Shown: positions 1 to 9,624, counted from the first letter of the stretch. The stretch: DNA of 64,000 bases from Flavobacteriales bacterium UBA4466 (GCA_905182895.1 CAJJDD010000002.1:46620-110619), one strand, 5' to 3'. Numbers and translations are program-made. The notes: a model not told the origin generated them from the letters alone.

Positions 1-306
1 AACGCTTCTAATTATGATATGACTGCTTTAACTGATGACGGATCATGCGTATACTTGGGATGTACTGATCCTTTGTTCTTAGAGTATAATCCTTACGCTT
101 TGACTAATGATGGTTCTTGTTCTGTAGTAGTTGTGTTAGGATGTATCTACGATTCAGCAGATAATTATGATGCATCAGCCAATATAGATGATAACTCATG
201 TGTGTTCTCTGGGAATTCTTGTCCTGGTGATTTCACAGGTGATGGTTTTATAAACGTAAGTGATTTAGGAGGGTTCCTTGGAGCTTTCGGTACTTCGTGT
301 GAGTAA
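1..306 (+). CDS. C-terminal end of a secreted Cys-rich repeat protein; the 5' end lies outside the window
   Basis: Frame 1 is open from base 1 (NASNYDMTALTDDGSC...) with no start codon needed. It contains repeats of the type C-x-D-x-x-A-x-NYD...DDGSC and ends in CPGDFTGDGFINVSDLGGFLGAFGT, a dockerin/EF-hand-like motif. A hairpin terminator follows. Confidence 0.6.
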   Translation, partial: NASNYDMTALTDDGSCVYLGCTDPLFLEYNPYALTNDGSCSVVVVLGCIYDSADNYDASANIDDNSCVFSGNSCPGDFTGDGFINVSDLGGFLGAFGTSCE

Positions 307-326
307 GACATAAGATAAGTAACTGT

Positions 327-366
327 AAAACCCCTTATTCCTTTATTGGAGTAAGGGGTTTTTTTT
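327..366 (+). terminator. Rho-independent terminator
   Basis: Stem CCCCTTA(331-337)/TAAGGGG(352-358) extends with one mismatch and is followed by a T8 run, directly after the stop at 306. Confidence 0.6.
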
Positions 367-422
367 GTTACAAGTTTGAATTGTAAAGGGGAAATAAAAT
401 CAATTCATTAGCTTTGGGGTTC

Positions 423-2733
423 ATGATGAACTCAACTTTTATGCGTGGTATTTTTCTTTCCGCTTTAGTCCTTTTATTTATTCCTCAGAAACTACTCACC
501 CAGTGCTGTGATTATACATTGATACTGCAAGACGAGTATGGAGATGGTTGGAACGGAGCTGAGCTTGAAGTTTTTATAAATGCTGAGTCATTCGGAGTGT
601 TTTCTGCAGAAGAGTTTGGAAATAATGTGCTACTTCCCACTTGTAATGGAGAAGAAATCACTCTAAATTATTCAACAGGAGAGTACGAAAATGAAAACAG
701 TTATTTACTCCTAGCATCGGGAGGCGTGCTAGTTCATTCAGATGGGCCAGAACCCAGTGAAGGAGAATCTGGACCTTTCATAGCTGATTGTGATTTAGAA
801 CCAGCACCTGGTGCTAGCCCATGTTCTGCGATGCAATTAACCCCTGATGAATGCATAAGCGCTGATAATTCAGCTGTAGTAGGTTCAGGATATACTCCTA
901 ACTGCTCCGAGTACGATGGCGGAGATATCTGGTATTCTATTGGTGTTCCAGAATCAGGTAATCTTGTTTTTCAAACTGCAGATAATGGAGGTATGAATGA
1001 CACAGGAATTCAGCTTTGGTTTGGAGAAGAATGTTTTTCTTTAGAGGATGGCCCGTGTGATGATGATGGAGGTACAGGGTATTTTTCCTTTATAACTGTG
1101 AGTAATTTAACTCCAGGAGAGATTATTTATGTTCAATTATGGGGCTACGGTGGAGCAGAAGGAAGTTTCGAGTTATGTGCTTTGGATCCAGGAATAGTAG
1201 AACTAGAACAGTCTCTTCTTCCTATATTTTTAATAGAAACCAATGGAGAAGAAATCCTAGATGAACCCAAAATAGATGCTTCTCTCAAGGTGATTTATAA
1301 CGGGCTAGGTGAAGTTAATTTCTTAGCAGATGAACCCGAAAATTATAATGGCCAGATAGGAATAGAAATAAGAGGAGCCACGTCAGCAGGTTACCCGCAG
1401 ACACCATATTCTTTTGAAACTAGAGATGCCTTAGGAGAAAATAACAATGTGAGCCTCGTAGATATGCCAGAAGAGAATGACTGGGTATTGCTGAGTAATT
1501 ACAATGACAAAGTGCTAATGAGAAACCTTCTGGCGAGTCATTTGTTTGAGAGAATGGGAGAGTACGCGCCTAGGGTTCGCTTGTGTGAAGTTCAGATAAA
1601 CGGTGATTACCAGGGGATTTATGCGTTCGGTGAAAAAATAAAAGTGGACGATGGCAGGTTAGATATTGCTACGCTAAATGTAACAGAGAACGATGGAGAT
1701 GATGTGACGGGTGGGTATATCCTAGAACTTAACTATCACAATAGCCAGAATAGCTGGGAGCTAAATAACACCTCTTTGAATCATCCAGATTTTGATGTTC
1801 ACTTGGTTTACAAATACCCCAAGCCAGAAGTGATCACAGAACCACAAAAAGAATACATAGCGTCTTATGTAGATTCTATGGAAACAGCTCTTTATGGTGA
1901 TGATTTCATGAGTATGGATGAAGGGTATAGGAACTATATGGATATAAACTTTTGAAAGAATTGAATAAAGCTGACAATATTGGGCCAATAATGATGGGTT
2001 TAAAAAAAGCAGGAATTTCCACAAAGATAAATCAAGTAATGGGGGCTTATTCAAGGCAGGTCCTTCCTGGGATTTTGATTGGGCCTGGAAAGACATGTAT
2101 ACCTGTGAGATTTTTGAAAATCAAGACGGGTCTGGTTGGGCACATTTGATTAACGACTGCCCTACAGATAATTATAGTCCTGATTGGTATGTGCGTTTGC
2201 AGCAGGACAGCACTTATGTAAATCAGCAGAGGTGCCAATGGGATGAATACAGAGAGGAGTTCTTAAACCAAGAGTATATAAATAACTATGTAGACAGCAT
2301 AGCCTTATTAGTGAGTGCTGCTCAAGAACGTCACTTCCAGAAATGGCCTATTCTAGGACTTGCCACTGCTGCTCCAGAGGTAGAGCCGCTTCCAGATAGT
2401 TATGCTGGAGAAGTAGCGTTTTTTAAGGAATGGATTAATCTAAGAATAAACTGGTTAGATGAGAATTTGCCAGGCTCGTGTGTCGATCCTATAGTAGGAG
2501 TAGAAGAAATAGCTATGGATGTGAGACTTTACCCTAACCCAAACAATGGGCAGTTTACATTAGAATGTATTAAGTGTAGAGGGAGAGAATTAGTATTACT
2601 TGATGTATTTGGTCAAGAGGTCTGGGCCAAAAAAAATCATCATCCAAGAACAGAGATTCAGTTAGATTTACCTAAAGGGGTATATGTTCTTAAGGCAGGT
2701 GGAGAGTACTTGCAAAAAATGGTAATCGAATAA
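423..2733 (+). pseudogene. CotH kinase family protein with T9SS C-terminal sorting domain, frame-disrupted
   Basis: Signal peptide (MMNSTFMRGIFLSALVLLF). N-terminal YGDGWNG module. CotH-like core (IEIRGATSAGYPQTPYSFETRD ... LCEVQINGDYQGIYAFGEKIKVD). The reading continues through two frame changes near 1950 and 1975 (..YMDINF / LLKELNKADN / QYWANNDGFKKSRNFHKDKSSNGGLFKAGPSWDFDWAWK) into ORF 2095..2733, which ends in a T9SS CTD (VRLYPNPNNGQFTLE...GVYVLKAG). Confidence 0.75.
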
Positions 2734-2855
2734 TTCAATTGAGACTGCGAAGAGTTCATTATTTAGACTCAATTTTTTATAGATTTCACTACCAGTATTC
2801 GTTATAATTTCGAGTTATAATTTTGAGTATATTTCTAAAAAAAAAACAAGTCCAG

Positions 2856-3821
2856 ATGAAAATTATTTTTTCTTTAGTTCTAGTGTGCTTTAGTATGGTA
2901 GGTTATACTCAGAGCTCAATAAGCTTAACTTTAAACCATAAAGTAGGAGCAGAAAACTTAGAGTTAAACGCAGATTTCAGTATAGCTAATGGAGACCAGG
3001 TTTCTCTCGATAGATGTGAATATTATATATCTCAAATAGAATTTGTTCATGATGGAGGTCAAGTCACTCTTGCTTCTGATGTTTGGTTATTGGTAGATGC
3101 ATTTGATCAGGAGGTTTTTCAATTGGGTGATTTTGATTTAGATCAGCTAGAGGCCATTTCGTTTTATGTAGGTGTTCAAACTCCTTATAACAATCAAGAC
3201 TTAACATTATGGCCAGGTAATCACCCGTTGGCACCCCAAAACCCTTCTATGCATTGGGGTTGGGCTTCTGGTTATAGGTTTTTAGCTATGGAAGGACTTT
3301 CTGGTACTGGAGGTGCAGAATTTGATTTTCAAGTCCACGCACTAGGGAATAATAATTATTACGTACAAACCTTACCTGTATCGACTTCAGTCTTGAATGG
3401 AGAAATTAATATAGAGCTTGATGCTAACTATTTAGAAGCTTTCAATGAGGTTTCTACTGCTCAGGGAGGGATTACTCATGGTGGTTTTGGTGATGCAGTT
3501 ATTATGCTAGAAAACTTTAGAGATGCTGTATTTTCTCAGGCTGTACTTAGTTTAGAAGAAGAGGGACTCGATAAAATCTCTATGAGAATAGCACCTAACC
3601 CTTCTATAGATGGAGAGAACTCTAAGCTACTCTTAGATTTAAAAAACTTAAGAGATGTAGAGTTGGAAATCTTAGATGTCTCAGGAAAATTGATTTATTC
3701 TGAACTGATAAATGGATCTGTTTCTACTTTAAATCTTCCTTTAACTGAGTCTGGAGTATATCTAATTAGCCTGAAGCACCAAGACACAGTATTAGTTTCA
3801 GAGAAATGGCTGGTTAAATAA
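2856..3821 (+). CDS. MbnP-like periplasmic/secreted protein with T9SS C-terminal domain
   Basis: ATG at 2856 gives a signal peptide (MKIIFSLVLVCFSMVGYTQ). Motifs CEYYISQIEFV and MHWGWASGYRFLAMEG resemble, from memory, the MbnP family that pairs with di-haem MbnH peroxidases. The C-terminus (MRIAPNPSIDG...GVYLISL) is a T9SS CTD. Two peroxidase genes follow immediately. Confidence 0.5.
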   Translation: MKIIFSLVLVCFSMVGYTQSSISLTLNHKVGAENLELNADFSIANGDQVSLDRCEYYISQIEFVHDGGQVTLASDVWLLVDAFDQEVFQLGDFDLDQLEAISFYVGVQTPYNNQDLTLWPGNHPLAPQNPSMHWGWASGYRFLAMEGLSGTGGAEFDFQVHALGNNNYYVQTLPVSTSVLNGEINIELDANYLEAFNEVSTAQGGITHGGFGDAVIMLENFRDAVFSQAVLSLEEEGLDKISMRIAPNPSIDGENSKLLLDLKNLRDVELEILDVSGKLIYSELINGSVSTLNLPLTESGVYLISLKHQDTVLVSEKWLVK

Positions 3822-3830
3822 TCGTTTCTT

Positions 3831-4838
3831 TTGATTAAGTATATTTTAGGAATAGGGGTGGCTTTTATGTTCGCTAATTTTTTAATTGTCCACGACTCCA
3901 AAGAGGATGAAAGTTTGATCATAATTCCTGTAGGGTTTCCTGAAATAGATTTTCCAGAAGATAACTTGCCAAGTGTAGAAAGAATAAATTTAGGTAAAAG
4001 ACTTTTTTTTGACACTCTAATGAGTAAGGATTTTAGTGTTAGCTGTGCCAGTTGTCATAAACCGCATTTGGCTTTTTCTGATAATTTACGGTTTAGTATA
4101 GGGTCAGATTTATCAGAAGGAAAAAGCAACGCCCCTTCTCTAGCGAATGTTGCTTACAGTCCCTATTTAAATAGAGATGGTGGGGTTCCAACCTTAGAAA
4201 TGCAGGTGTTGGTACCTATTCAGGAACATCTAGAATTGGATATGAATATTTTAGAAATAGCTGAGAGGATGAATGAAGATCCGAGCTACATAGATATGAG
4301 CATGATAGCCTATAACCGAGTTCCTGATCCGTATGTAATCACGAGAGCTCTGGCTAACTTTGAAAGGACGCTTATTAGTGGACAAAGTAGATTTGATCAG
4401 TATTATTACCAAGGTGATAAGAAGCAGTTAACTAAAGAAGAGAGAAAAGGAATGGATCTCTTTTTTAGTGATAAAGCGCAGTGTAGCTCGTGTCATGGTG
4501 GGTTTACCTTCACGAATTATGCATTCGAGAATAATGGACTCTATGAGCAGTACATAGACTCAGGAAGAATAAGATTGACAGCAGAAGAGTCCGACAGAGC
4601 CCTATTTAAAGTCCCTACGTTAAGAAATTTAGAATTCACCTCTCCTTATATGCATGATGGAAGCATGGAAACGATAGAGGAGGTTGTAGAGCATTACAGT
4701 AACAGTATTGCAGCGCATAAAAACCGCTCTATAAAATTAAAGCCTTTTCATTTTTCTAAAAAGGAAAAAGAACATTTGGTAGCCTTTTTAAAGAGCCTAA
4801 GCGATGAGAAATTTATAGAAAAGCAGTCCGTAAGATGA
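3831..4838 (+). CDS. Di-haem cytochrome c peroxidase family protein (CCP/MauG/MbnH-like)
   Basis: Two CxxCH haem motifs (CASCH, CSSCH). Conserved FKVPTLRNLEFTSPYMHDG block. N-terminal hydrophobic signal. The stop overlaps the next start (ATGA at 4835). Confidence 0.85.
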   Translation: MIKYILGIGVAFMFANFLIVHDSKEDESLIIIPVGFPEIDFPEDNLPSVERINLGKRLFFDTLMSKDFSVSCASCHKPHLAFSDNLRFSIGSDLSEGKSNAPSLANVAYSPYLNRDGGVPTLEMQVLVPIQEHLELDMNILEIAERMNEDPSYIDMSMIAYNRVPDPYVITRALANFERTLISGQSRFDQYYYQGDKKQLTKEERKGMDLFFSDKAQCSSCHGGFTFTNYAFENNGLYEQYIDSGRIRLTAEESDRALFKVPTLRNLEFTSPYMHDGSMETIEEVVEHYSNSIAAHKNRSIKLKPFHFSKKEKEHLVAFLKSLSDEKFIEKQSVR

Positions 4839-5893
4839 AAAGTATATTTCAGTTTATAATAGTATTGGCCATCGTTTTATCCTCATGTAAAAAGGATGAT
4901 GAATTAGCCTGTGAATCAGAGCCTGTGACCTTGGATGAAACAGCTTATGAGCTAGATTTAGGTAGTTTCCCACCACCTATGACACCTGAAGGATTTCAGC
5001 TTACTACCGCTAAAGTAGCGCTAGGCAGAATGTTATTCTATGAAGAGAAACTATCTTCATTAAACAATCAATCCTGTGCTTCTTGCCATAGCCAAGCTAC
5101 CGGATTTTCCGATATCAACCAGTTTAGTGAGGGTTCAGAAGGTAATGTTGGCGACAGACAGGCTATGGCTGTTATAAATTTAGCCTGGAATAATAATGGT
5201 TTTTTCTGGGATGGAAGATCACCCTCATTAGCTCATCAGTCCTTGCAGCCGATAATAAGTCCAATAGAAATGGCCGAGTCACATGCAAATGTGATTACAA
5301 AGTTGAATGAAATTCAGGGCTATAAAGATCAATTTATTAGAGCTTATGGAAATGAGGAAATAACTCCTCTAAAAATGGGGCAGGCCATGGAGCAGTTTAT
5401 GATGACCAAACTCAAAATTTGACGCTTATTTACTGGGAACTAATAACTTAACGGTACAGGAAATCAACGGATTTAATATTTTCATGGACGAATCAAAAGG
5501 AGATTGTTTTCATTGTCACGGTAGTGAAAATAATCCCTTATGGACTGATAATAAATTTCATAACAACGGATTAGATTCTGCTGTAACAGATCATGGTCTT
5601 GGAGGCATAACAGGTGACCCTTCAGATCATGGGAAATTCAAGTCGCCATCGTTGAGAAACTTAATCTTTACAGCACCCTATATGCATGACGGGCGATTTT
5701 CAACCATAGACGAGGTTATTAACCACTACAGCGAAGGCCTTCAAAACTCACCAACTATAGATCCTTTAATGAAAAAAGTAAGCCAGGGAGGTGTGCAACT
5801 AAACCCACAGGAAAAAGCAACTTAGTAAACTTCCTAAAGACTCTTACGGATGAGTCCTTTATCACTAACCCTGATTTTTCGAGTCCTTTTTAG
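4835..5893 (+). pseudogene. Second di-haem cytochrome c peroxidase family lipoprotein, frame-disrupted
   Basis: Lipoprotein signal (LAIVLSSC). CASCH in piece 4835..5422 and CFHCH plus FKSPSLRNLIFTAPYMHDG in piece 5484..5825. The typical C-terminal LVNFLKTLTDESF is read in a third frame ending at TAG 5891-5893. At least three frame changes. Confidence 0.8.
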
Positions 5894-5947
5894 ATAAGTT
5901 CGGAGTTACTGTTAAAAGTCTTTGTAAATTAGACACACGCAGTTATC

Positions 5948-6763
5948 ATGAACACTCCATCGCACGATTTAAAGAGCCATTCCACTATCACGATAGAATC
6001 CTTGGACTATGTGAATCCGTATGATTTTACGGCAGTTCACCGGCACAACTATTTTGAATTGATTTGTTTCGAAAAAGGTGGAGGAATCCAGTTGGTGGAT
6101 TTTAATGAATACCCTATAAAAGACTATTCTGCCTATCTTATTCATCCTAACCAAATTCATCTGCTCACACGTGAAGTTCGGTCAAAAGGATTTCTCTTTC
6201 AGTTCTATCCAGAGCAGATTATATCCTCAGAAATATCTTCTTATACTGCCTTTTACGATTTGGAGAATCCCGCTTTTTTCGAGGGTGATGAGCATCTTTT
6301 TTCTATGTTGAATAGCTATAAGAGATTATTCGAGCTAGAATCTAGAAAGAGTAAGAAATCAGATTTTTACCTGTTGAATTCTATGCTCCTAGATTTAATC
6401 CGTCCTGCTCAAGTTAACTTTAAGTCAGACTCTGGAAAAACTACGTATCGATTTAAAGAACTATTAGAGAGTGAGTACAAAGGATTTCATAAAGTTTCTC
6501 AATATGCAGACGCGCTTAATGTGTCGTCTAAAAATCTGCACGCCTTGACCAATAAACATTTTGGTTCCAGTCCACTTAAAATGATTCATAACCGCCTTTT
6601 TTTAGAGGCCAAAAGGTTGTTGCTTTTTCAGTCCTTATCTATAAAAGAGATTGGCTATGAATTGGGCTTTTTAGATGCGTCTTCCTTTAGTAATTTTATA
6701 AAATCTAAGTCAGGATCCAGTCCTTTAGCGCTACAACGGGAAATAAGAAAAATTCACGAGTAA
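5948..6763 (+). CDS. AraC family transcriptional regulator
   Basis: C-terminal double HTH typical of AraC/XylS (VSQYADALNVSSKNLHALTNKHFGSSPLKMIHNRLFLEAKRLL...IKEIGYELGFLDASSFSNFIK). N-terminal cupin-like sensor part. Confidence 0.85.
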   Translation: MNTPSHDLKSHSTITIESLDYVNPYDFTAVHRHNYFELICFEKGGGIQLVDFNEYPIKDYSAYLIHPNQIHLLTREVRSKGFLFQFYPEQIISSEISSYTAFYDLENPAFFEGDEHLFSMLNSYKRLFELESRKSKKSDFYLLNSMLLDLIRPAQVNFKSDSGKTTYRFKELLESEYKGFHKVSQYADALNVSSKNLHALTNKHFGSSPLKMIHNRLFLEAKRLLLFQSLSIKEIGYELGFLDASSFSNFIKSKSGSSPLALQREIRKIHE

Positions 6764-6771
6764 TAGAGAAA
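6740..6771. repeat. Direct repeat copy 1 (3' end of the AraC gene)
   Basis: GAAATAAGAAAAATTCACGAGTAATAGAGAAA matches 8149..8180 at 29 of 32 positions, counted base by base. Confidence 0.9.
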
Positions 6772-6852
6772 CCTATCCAACAGTTTTCTTTTTAAAAATC
6801 ACCCATTTATCGTAGGTAAAAAAAGAGCTATTTATTCTAATAGGTTACAAAC

Positions 6853-6886
6853 AAAAAAAGACCTCAATATTGAGGTCTTTTTTTGT
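6853..6886. terminator. Bidirectional hairpin terminator between convergent genes
   Basis: AAAGACCTCAA-TAT-TTGAGGTCTTT perfect stem (6858-6880), flanked by an A7 run on the left and a T7 run on the right. Confidence 0.65.
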
Positions 6887-6903
6887 TTGCTATAGATTTT
6901 AAA

Positions 6904-7719
6904 TTAGAGTGACTTAAATGGTAAATAAGGTGCTTTAACCCATTTTACTAATGTCGAGGCTAATCCAAATATGAATTTATATATAGCTACGGTGATATAT
7001 AAATTGATTAATGTCACTAGTACTGCTATAAATGACCCGCATATTCCCGCAGCTCCATTCATTGTCCAGGCGCTACCATCATAATTCGTTAGATTAGGGC
7101 TTGTTATTTGAGAAATGATATTACTGATGTATCCTATATTTTTTTCTTGCATTAATTCCATTAATGCATTAATTCCGAGTGTATTCATTCCAGACATTGA
7201 AAACATAACACCTTCCATATTGGAAACACCGCTTACATTAAGTGTGGTAATAAAGCTCAATACCGCAGCTATCGCAGCGAATAATCCAACCATTGCTAAA
7301 ACATATCCGCTTAATTTAATAACTGCAACAGGTACGTCTAAAAAGATGAGATTAATGATATTGCTTTTTGAGGAACTAATACTCTCACTAGTATTTCTGA
7401 TAATTTGCGTAATCGGAAAAGCAGCATAAGTCCAGAGCAAAATACCTAAAAGACCTCCTATAATTAATTTGGCTTCTTGTTTCCAAAATCCACCATCACC
7501 CATCCATAGTTGACTAAATAATCCCCATAGGAGTCCTAAAAGCACAACAAGTGCTGCGATATTAAATACTTTGCCAATCCATCCAGCGATGCTGTTTTCA
7601 GAATCCTCTACTGAAGAATTCCAATTGTTCCATGGGAGTTTGTCACTGATCATCTTTGGAGAATCAAGCAACTGATTTGTTAATTGGTTAACCTTGTCCA
7701 TCTTGTTCATTGTTTCCAT
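6904..7719 (-). CDS. Multi-pass membrane protein, unknown function
   Basis: 271-aa ORF with about 5-6 hydrophobic helices. I recognise no family. The antisense ORF 7115..7429 is judged spurious. Confidence 0.55.
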   Translation of the reverse strand: METMNKMDKVNQLTNQLLDSPKMISDKLPWNNWNSSVEDSENSIAGWIGKVFNIAALVVLLGLLWGLFSQLWMGDGGFWKQEAKLIIGGLLGILLWTYAAFPITQIIRNTSESISSSKSNIINLIFLDVPVAVIKLSGYVLAMVGLFAAIAAVLSFITTLNVSGVSNMEGVMFSMSGMNTLGINALMELMQEKNIGYISNIISQITSPNLTNYDGSAWTMNGAAGICGSFIAVLVTLINLYITVAIYKFIFGLASTLVKWVKAPYLPFKSL

Positions 7720-8148
7720 TTTTATTGGTTTTTAAATAATTAGATTTTAAGCTTTTCTATTTTACGCCAAATTAAAGCCTGCTAAGTATCCCGTTTTTAT
7801 AACTTCAAACAACAAAATGTTAACAATCAGAGCTTTGTGTTTTCCTGTCTGTTGACTTGAGTTAAGGTAAGCCCTAAGTACTTCATTATTTATTATGTGA
7901 TTTGTGCTTTTTCATAAGCTTGTATTAAATTAAACAAAGCAGCAAATATTCACTTATTGTTTTAATTGACAAGGATGCTTTTTTGTTTAAAATCAGTTAG
8001 TTAACTGTTTTAATAGCTAAAGTGCATTGATTTATTTTAGTTTTGATTTATTAAAGAGATAGGATTTTATTTGGTTTGTTTTGATGCCTTTTCCATTTGT
8101 TGTTTTATGAGTTTTCTTCCTGAGATGGGTCTATTTGTATTATAATTC

Positions 8149-8180
8149 GAAATGAGAAAAATTCACAAGTAACAGAGAAA
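8149..8180. repeat. Direct repeat copy 2 (relic AraC-like 3' end)
   Basis: GAAATGAGAAAAATTCACAAGTAACAGAGAAA would encode EMRKIHK-stop, compared with EIRKIHE-stop in copy 1. Only about 8 codons are open. Confidence 0.9.
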
Positions 8181-8239
8181 AATCATCAATGAGTACACCA
8201 TTTTATAGTTGTTTATTTACAGAAACAAAAACATATACT

Positions 8240-9508
8240 ATGAGAAAAAAGTTCATTTTTACCTTTGCTACGCTTATAATTTGCTTTTCTCTTTCTGCTC
8301 AAACATGGTATCAAATAGACTCCACGACAGATAGAGAGTTAAAGACTATTCAGTTTATTTCTGATGAAATTGGATTCATCGGAGGGGATAGTATTCTATT
8401 AAAAACACTAGATGGTGGAATTAGCTGGAATGAAATAGTCACCGATTTAGGTGGTGTTGAGTGGGTTCAATACTTAGATGTATATGATCTTCATTTTTTT
8501 GATGAAAACCATGGATATGTTATGTCAGGTCTATATGGTGCTATGCTAGAAACATTCGATGGAGGAATAACGTGGGCTAGTGTGAACATATCTTTAGGTT
8601 TCTGTCAGCAAGCCAGTCTTTATTTTGAAAGCGAGGATTACGGATTTGCAGGTGGAGGAGGGTGTTTTTCAGGCCACTTTATAGAAAAATTTGTGGATGG
8701 AGTATTGACACCAGTAGTGTTCCCAGTTGGTTGGTCGGGAACGGATTATGTGACTACCATTAACTTTAAAAATCCAGAGTTAGGATTTGCTGGTACCGTA
8801 GAGGGGATATTATTAAGAACCACGGATGGTGGAGGTATATGGGACACTATTCCTAACTTGGCCACAGGCTATGCGATTACAGATATAGATTTTGCCGGTG
8901 ATTTAATTAGAATTTCTCACCACAATATCCAGGAGTGGAGTTCTATGACAAGTATCGATGATGGGTTGACCTGGCAGGTTGATTGGGAAATCGGTTCATT
9001 CTTTTACCCTAAATTAAATTCATTACATACTACTTCGGAAGGCCTAGCATACACAGCTGGAGAAATAGATAACTTTGATGGTCAGGAGGGAGTTATTTTT
9101 GAAAGAACAGCTTTTTTCTGGAATTCAGTGCCAGTAGAAAATAGAATAAATGATATAGAATCTCATTCGGGTGCATCTGTTTTTGCGGTAGGAGATAATG
9201 GTTCTATCTATACCAATCAAGCCGACTTGGCCAGTAATATTGGCGAGCCTCAAGCTAACCCAATTCGTGTTTACCCTAATCCTGTTTCGGTAGGCGAGGA
9301 GTTAACCATAGAAAACCCTAAGACAAGTGTATTTTCAGTTCGTCTTTTTGACATTCAAGGAAAGGAAATAGCGAATAAGAATAAAACGACTTTAAACCAG
9401 GAAATGTCTATCTCTACTGAAGGACTGGAAAGAGGTGTTTACTTGATTAAGGTTTATGAAGGAAACGTGATGGTGCCTATTTCTATTCGGAGGTTGGTGG
9501 TTAATTGA
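8240..9508 (+). CDS. BNR/Asp-box repeat (Ycf48/sialidase-like beta-propeller) protein with T9SS C-terminal domain
   Basis: ATG at 8240 gives a signal peptide (MRKKFIFTFATLIICFSLSAQ). Repeated S/T-x-D-G-G-x-(S/T)-W boxes (TLDGGISW, TFDGGITW, TTDGGGIW, IDDGLTW). CTD is IRVYPNPVSVGEEL...GVYLIKV. Confidence 0.7.
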   Translation: MRKKFIFTFATLIICFSLSAQTWYQIDSTTDRELKTIQFISDEIGFIGGDSILLKTLDGGISWNEIVTDLGGVEWVQYLDVYDLHFFDENHGYVMSGLYGAMLETFDGGITWASVNISLGFCQQASLYFESEDYGFAGGGGCFSGHFIEKFVDGVLTPVVFPVGWSGTDYVTTINFKNPELGFAGTVEGILLRTTDGGGIWDTIPNLATGYAITDIDFAGDLIRISHHNIQEWSSMTSIDDGLTWQVDWEIGSFFYPKLNSLHTTSEGLAYTAGEIDNFDGQEGVIFERTAFFWNSVPVENRINDIESHSGASVFAVGDNGSIYTNQADLASNIGEPQANPIRVYPNPVSVGEELTIENPKTSVFSVRLFDIQGKEIANKNKTTLNQEMSISTEGLERGVYLIKVYEGNVMVPISIRRLVVN

Positions 9509-9584
9509 ATCGGTTTTTTATAAGGATGTAATTTAAAAAGTTCTAATGACACTAATCGAACGAATCTTCATTAAATTATAAAGC

Positions 9585-9620
9585 AAAAAAAAGCCTCTTA
9601 TTTCTAAGAGGCTTTAATTT
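9585..9620. terminator. Hairpin terminator serving tRNA-Asp (minus strand) and possibly the upstream plus-strand CDS
   Basis: AAGCCTCTTA-TTTC-TAAGAGGCTT stem (9591-9614). A8 on the left, which is T8 on the minus strand directly after the tRNA 3' end. Confidence 0.6.
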
Positions 9621-9624
9621 TTGT

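Noticed and set aside
1761-2238. Track ORFs 1761..2096 (-), 1952..2149 (+) and 2047..2238 (-) as independent small genes.
   Set aside because: They lie in the frameshift zone of the first CotH gene. The plus-strand one is simply the intermediate frame of that gene, and the minus-strand ones are antisense with no support.
7720-8148. A very AT-rich 430-bp spacer with several short A/T-rich near-repeats (for example TTTTAATTGAC, TTTTAATAGCT, TTTGATTTATT); considered as an origin-like or regulatory repeat region.
   Set aside because: There are no DnaA-box-like 9-mers or clear iterons. The similarities are what low-complexity AT-rich DNA gives by chance. It is discussed only as part of the direct-repeat-bracketed segment.
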